Source of the DNA: an uncultured virus (IMG/VR IMGVR_UViG_2061766007_004178)
Lineage: Duplodnaviria; Heunggongvirae; Uroviricota; Caudoviricetes
Reading direction: 5' to 3' (one strand)
Length of the DNA: 27,168 nucleotides
IMG/VR virus record: IMGVR_UViG_2061766007_004178
The notes beneath the pieces are model-generated. The model had not been told where the DNA came from. It worked only from the letters and a program-made list of their open reading frames with translations, and did no database searches. This document shows, piece by piece, positions 18,963 through 27,168 of the stretch. Positions within the stretch are counted from its first letter, which is position 1. The number at the start of each line of letters is the position of its first letter. The position numbers and the translations under genes are program-made.

Positions 18963-20821
18963 TTAGTTTATCGAGCTTATTCCGTCTGCGTTTTTGACTA
19001 TCTTGATTTCTGAATCGATAGGCAGCTCAAGCTCCGAAGAGTGATGGCTGACGATGAACACCGATTCGATGTCCGTCAGCTCGGATTCGACAAGCTTCAT
19101 GACGGCTGAGCAGCTCTGTTTATCCAAGAAATCCGTGATTTCGTCGAGGACCAGGATGTTCGCGCTGGAGCTCAGGTAGACGTTCAGCATGTCTCTGATG
19201 GCGAATTGCAGTATGAGGTCGACCCTTTGTTTTTCGCCGCCGGATAAGTTATCGAACATCTTGCCGCAATAGGATATGTCCAAGGCGTTTCCGTCGAGAT
19301 AGACGTTGAGGTCTCTGGTCTCGAATACGATTTCGCTGTAGTCTTTGGCCTTCTTGTCTATGTAGCTGATTATGTTCGTCAGCAAATAGCCTCTGAAGTC
19401 GCGCTTGGCCAAGGAGTCCATCTTCTTGATGACCGCGAGGTGAGCGTCGAGATCCGTCTTATTGGCGTCTGTCAACCTTTGGATGTTCTCCATGCCGTTT
19501 ATCGCTTTGTTCAGCTCGGCGACCCTGTCGGTCAGGCTTCGCTGATGCTTGTCCCAGTTCGCTTTATCAGACACGAGCTTGTCGTATTTCGATTTCTCTT
19601 GGTAATAATACTGCGAGTTGTCGTTGTAATCATTCATGGCCCTGTCGTAGTCGGCTTTTGCTTTACTTGCGGCAGAGCGGGCGTCGGACTCTTTTTGGTC
19701 GTAGTCTTCTTTGAGCTGCTTTTCGTAAGCGGCTTTTTTGCTCTCGACCTCATTGACCCTGGCAATGAGCGCAGGCAGACTTTCCGTAAGCCTTCTGATC
19801 TCAGATTCTTGGTTGGATGTGTCTGGCTTGACGGCGTTCGGAAGCTTCTGGCCGCAGGTCGGGCAGACGTCTTTGACCGCCTTCAATCTGGCGACCTCAG
19901 CTTCGAGGTTCCTGATGGTGGTCTCGGTCGCGAGCTTCTCTTGCCTGACCGGGCCGATGTTGCTCTGATATTGGGTATAAAGATTATTTACTTGAGCGGT
20001 CTTCTCTTGGCTGATCTTAAAGAGCGCCTCATTCGCCGCAGATGCGGTTTCGCCGAGCGTTTTCTTGGCGCTTTCCAGACGCTTTATCTCGGCGTCGAGG
20101 AAAGCCAGCCGCTTGNNNNNNNNNNNNNNNNNNNNNNNNCCTCTTCTATCTCTTTCTGGGCGAGGTCCCTCTGCCTGATGGCTTCAGCGAGCTTCGAACC
20201 ATTGAGGAGCAATCCGTCCTCGCAGTCCCTTATCTGTCTGCCAAGCGCCTCCGCCCTGAGCTGGATTTTGTTCTTGATGTCTTCGATCATGAAATCCGTT
20301 CCGGTCAGGTTCTCAAGCAATTCTTTGCGCCCCGATGGGCTTAATTTGCTGAACGCATTCGGCATGCCCTGTCCGATGATGACCGTCGACGCAATGTAGT
20401 CTTTGGTGAGATCCGGCAAAAGATTGCTGAGCTTTTTCTCGGAATCCCTGAACGTGCCGCCTGAGACGTCGGCATCATTTTGGATGATCTGCAAGTCGGA
20501 TTTAGGCTCGAAGGTCCTGGTTATCTTGTATTCGTCGTTGTTAACTTTGAAAATCAAAGTGACGTAGCCTTTGGCGTCGTCTTGGACGTTGACGTTCTTC
20601 AGGTTCTTCTGAAGGCCGGTCAAAGTCTCGCCGGTGATCGCATAGCAAATGGCGTTCCAGATAAGGCTTTTGCCTGAGCCGTTGGAGAACGCGTTGTCCT
20701 TCTTGAAATGGTTCTGGCCTGAGACGAGGCAGAAACCTCTGCTCTTAAGGTCGAGCTCGGCATGGCCGTAGCTGCCGAAATTATGCAATATGATTTTTTC
20801 GAAATCTAAGAAATTCGACAT
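18963..20821 (-). CDS. sbcC: SbcC/Rad50 (T4 gp46-like) recombination ATPase
   Basis: NFGSY, NGSGKS (Walker A), CPTCGQ zinc hook, LSGGEKQR signature, LVLDE, VSH; halves joined across gap 20116-20139. Confidence 0.92.
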
Positions 20822-20838
20822 TGGTTACCTCGCTCTTC

Positions 20839-21767
20839 TTATTTAAGTATCTCAGCCAATTCGGCTTCGAGGATAGGGGTGTCTTCCAGCTTCTCTCGGC
20901 AGCACTCGGCGAACTTGACGTACTGGTCGACCGTCAGGTCTGTGACGTCGAATTCCGTCTCGCCGTCCACGGTCATTCTGACGATGATGGTCCTAGAGAT
21001 AATGATATTGCTCAAAGTCGGCAGCAATTCTTTGACGGTTGGCACTAAGGTGTCTCTGCACTTGATTTGGACGACTGCGTTGTTCTTGAGCTTTTTCAGC
21101 TGCTCGATGTCTTCTTCGGCGTCTATCGTAATGTTGTAGAAATTGAACGCATATGGGTTCTCAATCAGCTCATACGTCCAGCTGTCGGTATCGAACAGCA
21201 TCGCGTTATGGCTGTATCGAAAAGCGTCTTCGCCGAGGTCTNNNNNNNNNNNNNNNNNNNNNNNNNNNNNNNNNNNNNNNNNNNNNNNNNNNNNNNNNNN
21301 NNNNNNNNNNNNNNNNNNNNNNNNNNNNNNNNNNNNNNNNNNNNNNNNNNNNNNNNNNNNNNNNNNNCGAAAAGGTCATTGTGGGAGATGAGCAGCCTTT
21401 TATGTTTCTTTTCTGGGAAATATTCGGAAACGTCTTTTCTCATGCTCTCTTTGATATAAGGCAAAAAAGCGATTTCGAAATCGTCGAATTGAACTAAGGT
21501 CGGCTCATCGACTACATGTCGGTCGGCCCGATCTTGTCTGAGAACCATCGCCGAGTTGTAATGCAAGTNNNNNNNNNNNNNNNNCTCGCAAAAACAAGCC
21601 GGATATATCTCTTTCTCAAGAGCGGTCAATTCTTGCTGCGTCAGATTGGCTTTATCGAAGAAATCTCCTGCGCAGATGACGCATTTGCAGCCGTTTTCCT
21701 GCGCGGTCTTTTCGGCCCAATTGACGGACTTGATTACGTTTTCAAGCCTTTGTGTGTATTTGTCGCC
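20839..21767 (-). CDS. sbcD: SbcD/Mre11 (T4 gp47-like) metallophosphoesterase nuclease (start lies in gap)
   Basis: RLENVIKSVNWA..VICAGDFFD, FLPY, LISHNDL; immediately upstream of sbcC. Confidence 0.85.
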
Positions 21768-22446
21768 NNNNNNNNNNNNNNNNNNNNNNNNNNNNNNNNN
21801 NNNNNNNNNNNNNNNNNNNNNNNNNNNNNNNNNNNNNNNNNNNNNNNNNNNNNNNNNNNNNNNNNNNNNNNNNNNNNNNNNNNNNNNNNNNNNNNNNNNN
21901 NNNNNNNNNNNNNNNNNNNNNNNNNNNNNNNNNNNNNNNNNNNNNNNNNNNNNNNNNNNNNNNNNNNNNNNNNNNNNNNNNNNNNNNNNNNNNNNNNNNN
22001 NNNNNNNNNNNNNNNNNNNNNNNNNNNNNNNNNNNNNNNNNNNNNNNNNNNNNNNNNNNNNNNNNNNNNNNNNNNNNNNNNNNNNNNNNNNNNNNNNNNN
22101 NNNNNNNNNNNNNNNNNNNNNNNNNNNNNNNNNNNNNNNNNNNNNNNNNNNNNNNNNNNNNNNNNNNNNNNNNNNNNNNNNNNNNNNNNNNNNNNNNNNN
22201 NNNNNNNNNNNNNNNNNNNNNNNNNNNNNNNNNNNNNNNNNNNNNNNNNNNNNNNNNNNNNNNNNNNNNNNNNNNNNNNNNNNNNNNNNNNNNNNNNNNN
22301 NNNNNNNNNNNNNNNNNNNNNNNNNNNNNNNNNNNNNNNNNNNNNNNNNNNNNNNNNNNNNNNNNNNNNNNNNNNNNNNNNNNNNNNNNNNNNNNNNNNN
22401 NNNNNNNNNNNNNNNNNNNNNNNNNNNNNNNNNNNNNNNNNNNNNN

Positions 22447-22717
22447 ATAAAGCGACTTTGACGATATCCTCATCGGAATAAGTGTCAGGCTTATAGATAT
22501 TGACTATCTTGAAGAGCTCGCTGCAAAGCTTGAGGGCATGCTCGCAGAGCGCGCCGTCGTAGGCGCCTTCCGTGTAGATTTTGTAAGGCTTATTGAAAAA
22601 ATCGGCCCTTGGCGACTCAAGGTATTTGACGAATGGCGTCAAGTCCGTCTTGGCGTTCTCGGCGAGAAGCTCAAGGTATTTCGTCTTATTCAGATAGATC
22701 TGTTCTTCGTTCAGCAT
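22447..22717 (-). CDS. HD-domain phosphohydrolase-like protein (5' part only)
   Basis: DFF.KP..GAYDGALCEHAL..DIVKVAL, the pattern that precedes the HD motif; the rest is in the gap. Confidence 0.55.
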
Positions 22718-23555
22718 TATTTCCCTCCTCTGATCAGGCAGTTGCCTACGGTCGTGATGCTTCGTTTGGTGTTATGCTTGGCGCATTCGCCGATGGCATA
22801 GATATTATGGACGCGCGTCGTCTGATGCTGCGTGTTTATCTTAATGGATCTGTNNNNNNNNNNNNNNNNNTGATGGATCTGTCTTGGTCGAGCTCGACCA
22901 TTTTTTGGTCGATGCCGTTGACGTCGGGCGTTTTGCCGAGCGCCAAGACCAAAGCCGAGCAGTTGATCGAGTCGTACGTATCGAGCATGACTTCGCACAG
23001 CTTGCCTTCTTTGTTGTTCTTGCATGCAGTGATGCTGCAGTTCGGCAGNNNNNNNNNNNNNNNNNNNNNNNNCTTGCTCATCTTGGCGTCGCAGCCGAGC
23101 TTCATCTCATGGCTGCACAGATAAACGTATTTGAACCTCTTTGACATGGCCAGCGCGTATTTCACCGCATCGGCGTTCGCGCCGTAAACGACCGCCGATC
23201 TGTTTTTCGGCAGCGTTTCCAGGTCTCTTGGGTTATAGCAGACGTTGACGTTTTTGAAAGCGGTCGTTTTGATTGGGCTCGAGCCGGTCGCGATGACCAG
23301 ATTCTTGCCTACGACCGTGCGTCTGTCTTTTAAGGTCAATATGACCAATCCGTGATTGAAAGACGAGTAGATGGACTCGCCTTCGACCTTGACCGTATCG
23401 CCTAATTTGTCGCCGTCTTTGACGAACCTGAAATGCCTGCTCACGAGAGCGACTTTCTTCTCAGGCGATTTGGCCTTGACGTATTCGCATAGCGCGATGC
23501 CTTCCAGCGACGCGCCCAATACGATTATGTCGAATAATTCGTTCAGTTGCTGCAT
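22717..23555 (-). CDS. Degenerate thioredoxin reductase-like FAD/NAD(P) oxidoreductase homologue
   Basis: DIIVLGASLEG, LVIATGS, AVVYGANADA, LALGKTP, then after gap QTTRVHNIYAIGEC..TAA 22717; no CxxC. Confidence 0.7.
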
Positions 23556-23578
23556 ATAGGTATACCTATTATATTATA
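23556..23578 (-). promoter_or_regulatory. Tandem TATAAT boxes plus perfect 14-bp palindrome ATAGGTATACCTAT abutting the start codon
   Basis: CGTATAATATAATAGGTATACCTATATG read on the minus strand. Confidence 0.5.
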
Positions 23579-23582
23579 CGGC

Positions 23583-24497
23583 CTATTTGGCCTGTCTATG
23601 GAGGAAATTCTCCATGATCTTCTGATGGTTTTCCATGCCCTGCCATTTGTTCTTCACGTCATATACGCGGTTTTCTTTGGTCCAAAGGGAATAGTAAGGG
23701 CATCTATCGTGCGCATTAGGGTCTTTCGGCTGATTTGGGTTCGTCGGGCAATACGTGCACCAGTGGCATAATGTGGTCGGGTTCGGCACGAATTCGCCTG
23801 CGTTGATGCCCGTAAGCAATTTCTCTATTTTGGCGAGGCCGCGCTTCATATAGCCTTTCGTTCCGGCTGGCTGGACCGTGTCGCAGAATGGCAGGTCATA
23901 AGCGCAGCTGATCTCTTCGTTGATTACGCCGTACAGCTGCTTGATCGCGATTGTGTAGACGACGAACTGAAGTGGCGTCGGCAGGTCTTCCTTCTCCGCA
24001 GGCTTAGGCCAGGTTTTGATATCCTGGCAGTAATATTCGCCTGTGTTCTTGTTTCTCAGCAAGCGGTCTATCTTGCCTGAGAACACGTAATTCATGTGCT
24101 CGAACTTAAAAGGCACCTCAGCACCGACTATCTCAAGCTCGGAATGCTCTTTCATGAACTTCTCAAGACGATAGATGCCGGATTCGAGATAGCCGTAGAT
24201 CTTCTCTTTGTAGAACCTGCCAGTTTTATCTGGCTCGTGCCATTCTTTTGGGAATTTGTGCTCTATCGCGAGCGATTTGAGGATGATGCCGTTCTTCAGG
24301 CTTATGTAATCTATCGGCTCGCCTGCTTTTATGCTGTTGGCGATATGCTCTTCAGCGTCATGTATCATAGTGCCGACGTCGAGCGCGATGCCTGGCGTGC
24401 TGATATATGGGCCTTCGACGTACTGGAGCAGATAACGCCAGCCGCATTGCTTGTAAACGTCCATTTTCGAATAGGACATCTTATTGTTCGCTGCCAT
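23583..24497 (-). CDS. PD-(D/E)XK nuclease, Cas4/AddB-like with Fe-S cysteine staple
   Basis: SYSK..YKQC..RY, GT.IH, EVPF, GKIDRL, DIKT, LQFVVY, CHWCTYC..C. Confidence 0.88.
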   Translation of the reverse strand: MAANNKMSYSKMDVYKQCGWRYLLQYVEGPYISTPGIALDVGTMIHDAEEHIANSIKAGEPIDYISLKNGIILKSLAIEHKFPKEWHEPDKTGRFYKEKIYGYLESGIYRLEKFMKEHSELEIVGAEVPFKFEHMNYVFSGKIDRLLRNKNTGEYYCQDIKTWPKPAEKEDLPTPLQFVVYTIAIKQLYGVINEEISCAYDLPFCDTVQPAGTKGYMKRGLAKIEKLLTGINAGEFVPNPTTLCHWCTYCPTNPNQPKDPNAHDRCPYYSLWTKENRVYDVKNKWQGMENHQKIMENFLHRQAK

Positions 24498-24510
24498 CGC
24501 TTGCTCCTTT

Positions 24511-25382
24511 CTATATGATTGTGTTGGCTATCAGATAATCTATCTGCGCCGTTTTCGACATGTCCAGTAAGCCTGATTTGAGCTTCAGGTCGATTCCGGA
24601 AAGGAAATGCAGCAGATATTGCAGTCTGTCGAGCGGGAAACCACTCCAATCTTTCTTAAGACGCCAGAAATAAGTGTCTTTGATCCCCAAATCGGATGCC
24701 GTCCTTCCGGCCTCTGGCCTGGACAAAAGTATGTTCTTGACTTTCTGCAAGATCACACCGACTAAAGAAAGAAAATCGAAGCTGACGCTCTCATGCCTCA
24801 TGAATTCGAGGACGAACGGCTTGTTGTTCCTGATTATCGCATCAGCGACGTCGAAAATGCTGACCGCGTATAAATCGCTGTCTGGGTCGAATTTAAGCGC
24901 CGCCAGAACCTTCTTGTGGTCCGTCTTGTCGAACAGAAGCACTTTATCGAGCTCGTTGATTATCTTATATATGTCGCCGTTCGCCGCATCATAAAGCCAA
25001 TCGACGTCGGCTGGCTCNNNNNNNNNNNNNNNNNNNNNNNNNNNNNNNNNTCGATTATGTAATCTTCTACGAAAGGCTTTATTTTCTTGTCTATCTTATT
25101 GCAGACGACGACGGTGTTCTTCAGATTGGAATAGTCTATCAGCGCTTCTTCGAAGGTATCGACTTTCATGACGCTCAGCTCATCGGTCCTTTCCATGACC
25201 AAAGCCAATGCGGAAGTCTGCTCTTGCAGGCTGTTGATGCTCGTTTTCGTCAGGTTGTTGATGTCGCAGATCGCATCGATATATTGGTCAGCGATGAAAG
25301 AATTGTCGCTGCATAGGAAAATGATGAAATCATCGTCCACGCATTGCGATTCTATCTGTTTTTTCAAATCTATCAAAGTCAT
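24511..25382 (-). CDS. holA: DNA polymerase III delta (HolA)-like clamp loader subunit
   Basis: MTLIDLKKQI.., then after gap ANGDIYKIINELDKV.., SIFDVADAI, DLKLKSG; follows dnaX and holB. Confidence 0.7.
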
Positions 25383-26182
25383 TATCGTGTCAATCTCCAC
25401 AGATTGTCGAAATAGTTCAATAAAAAGCTGTCTTTATTGAGCGTTTTATTGAATGCTTTCGCGCGCTGTTCGGCGGTATAGCTGTAAATCCTGAAGCTGA
25501 GATCGTCTCCGGTTTTTAGATAGCTGTCGAAAGCGACCGCGAGCAAAACCTCGAAGAACAGGTCGAAATCGAATTTCTTGACGTCGTCCTTGGTGTTTAT
25601 CTTCGTGCATAAGCTAATCGTGTTCGCGTAATTCGACGTGCGCACCAAATCGACGATTTTCTCGCAGAACGCGAAAAGGCCATCGAGGTTGTCATCTGGC
25701 AGATTGTTGAGCTGCCCTGGCGTTTTGCAGATTTGGTAGATGCGCTGGTCTGAGCAGTTTATCGCCCAGTCGAACTGGCTGAGCTGCTCTGGGGTGTAAT
25801 CTTCGAACGTGTATTTCACGCATCTGTTCAAAATCGTCGGCAAGACGCCGATTTCCGAACGAGCGGTCAAAATGACATACATGTTGGCGGAAGGCTCTTC
25901 GATGAACTTCAGTATCTTATTCTGCTGCTTTTCGTCTATGACGTTGAGGTCTATGATATAAAGCTTAGGAACCGGACACTGATAGTAATCCATCAGCTTT
26001 TCACTGGTGAAATCGCTTGAGATGTCGACGTGGTCCAATCCGAGCTGCTGCGCGAACCTGGTCGCGAGCCAGCTTTTGCCGCATCCCGCAGGGCCTAAGA
26101 AAAGAATGGTCCTCGGAGCGCTTTGCAACGTATAGCCATCTAAGATCTTTACGAGTTTTTCTTGTCCTACTACGGCGTTCAT
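25382..26182 (-). CDS. holB: DNA polymerase III delta-prime (HolB)-like clamp loader subunit
   Basis: VVGQ, GPAGCGKS, QNKILKFIEEP, LPTILNRC; ATG 26182 overlaps the dnaX stop (TAATG). Confidence 0.8.
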   Translation of the reverse strand: MNAVVGQEKLVKILDGYTLQSAPRTILFLGPAGCGKSWLATRFAQQLGLDHVDISSDFTSEKLMDYYQCPVPKLYIIDLNVIDEKQQNKILKFIEEPSANMYVILTARSEIGVLPTILNRCVKYTFEDYTPEQLSQFDWAINCSDQRIYQICKTPGQLNNLPDDNLDGLFAFCEKIVDLVRTSNYANTISLCTKINTKDDVKKFDFDLFFEVLLAVAFDSYLKTGDDLSFRIYSYTAEQRAKAFNKTLNKDSFLLNYFDNLWRLTR

Positions 26183-27168
26183 TATTTGCAAGCCCTCAAT
26201 AAGTAGGCCTCGATGGTCGATTTATAAGAAGTGTCGTATTTGATATTGAGCTTGATTTCCAAAAGGAGATCGACGAAATTCTTGAACCAGCTCAGACTGT
26301 CGTTGATTCGGATAGTCTGCTGAACGGCCGGCTCAAGATACGCCGGGAGGTTCGTAAGCTGCATATTGTTGAACAGGATGTACTTGGATAGGTCTAAAAC
26401 GAACTCCAAATAGTTGTCGATGAAGTGCTTCAGATCGACGCCAGACGAATAAAGCTTGTCGATGATCTCCATAATAAGCTGCGCGTCTTTTTCCTGCACG
26501 CCAACGGTAAGCTTGAACATGGCCTCATACGATATGTCATTAATAACTTGCTTGACGTTATCCATGCTGAGGTCAGTCGAAAAATTAGCGCACTGGTCCA
26601 GCTTCATGATGGCGTCACGCATGCAGCCATTAGAGGTTTTCGCCAAGAAATCGCAAGCCATATCGTAATTGGTGAAGCCTTCTTGCTTGCAGATAAATTC
26701 CAGCCTGGCTTTGATGTCGGCCGTATCTATTTTCGTGATGTTATATCTTTGGACCCTGTTCAAAATCGTCTGCGGGACTTTGTTAGGATCGGTCGTGCAG
26801 AAGATATATATGGTATATTCAGGTGTTTCTTCGATGCTTTTCAGGAAGGCCTGCCAACCTGCTGTGGTGATGGCATGGCACTCATCGATGATGAATATCT
26901 TGTATTCGCCGTCTAAGGCGCGCTCATTGGCGGAATCGATTATGGTTCTGACCTGATCGACGCCGTTGTTCGATGCCGCGTCGATTTCGATAGGCTCGCC
27001 GACACCTTTATTGAGCTTATTGGCGAATATCCTAGCGAGAGTCGTTTTGCCACATCCTGAATCGCCAGCCAATAAATAGGCATGCTTAAAATTGCCTTTT
27101 TCGATGGCTCTGGCTAAAATCTGAACGGTCGTGCTCTGGCCACAGACGTCTTCGAATGTGGCTGGCCT
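26182..27168 (-). CDS. dnaX: DNA polymerase III gamma/tau (DnaX)-like clamp loader ATPase, 5' truncated by window edge
   Basis: RPATFEDVCGQ, AYLLAGDSGCGKTT, EIDAASNNGVD, IIDECH, FLKSIEE, GCMRDA. Confidence 0.93.
   Translation of the reverse strand, partial: RPATFEDVCGQSTTVQILARAIEKGNFKHAYLLAGDSGCGKTTLARIFANKLNKGVGEPIEIDAASNNGVDQVRTIIDSANERALDGEYKIFIIDECHAITTAGWQAFLKSIEETPEYTIYIFCTTDPNKVPQTILNRVQRYNITKIDTADIKARLEFICKQEGFTNYDMACDFLAKTSNGCMRDAIMKLDQCANFSTDLSMDNVKQVINDISYEAMFKLTVGVQEKDAQLIMEIIDKLYSSGVDLKHFIDNYLEFVLDLSKYILFNNMQLTNLPAYLEPAVQQTIRINDSLSWFKNFVDLLLEIKLNIKYDTSYKSTIEAYLLRACK

Noticed and set aside
5940..25050. Apparent frameshifts in sbcC, sbcD, holA, the TrxB-like, AAA+, vWA, 8552 and 6639 genes
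   Set aside because: Every shift coincides with an N gap of estimated length, so these are assembly artefacts rather than pseudogenes or programmed frameshifts.
375..26956. Numerous plus-strand ORFs in the track
   Set aside because: They are antisense shadows of well-supported minus-strand genes, with no RBS or recognisable motifs.
27166..27168. AGG-to-Met reassignment as reported for some uncultured Bacilli
   Set aside because: AGG encodes the conserved Arg of the DnaX RPxTF motif here.
1..27168. CRISPR array, tRNA, rRNA, integrase or transposase
   Set aside because: None recognisable in the non-gap sequence; content of the N gaps cannot be assessed.

Overview
A gappy scaffold fragment (many N runs that split or shift ORFs) from a large dsDNA phage. 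Every credible gene is on the minus strand. From right to left: (i) a replication/recombination block with a bacterial-type clamp loader (DnaX-, HolB- and HolA-like), a Cas4/AddB-like nuclease, a degenerate TrxB-like protein, an HD protein and SbcD/SbcC (gp47/gp46-like); (ii) a block with a putative sigma-like factor, a Mor-like regulator, several hypotheticals, a catalytically dead peptide deformylase, an RHH protein and topoisomerase IA; (iii) two probable late operons plus the start of a third, each opening with a terminator followed by the exact motif ATTTGCTAAATTA. These encode a MoxR-type AAA+/HExxH/linker/vWA module and large acidic proteins, including a nucleotidyltransferase-ParB/Srx fusion. 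The main discovery is that TGA appears to be a sense codon, probably Trp. Six in-frame TGA codons interrupt five otherwise continuous genes, no gene ends in TGA, and all single-base gene overlaps are TAATG. The TGAs occur only in putative late genes and in the putative late sigma factor, not in the visible replication genes.
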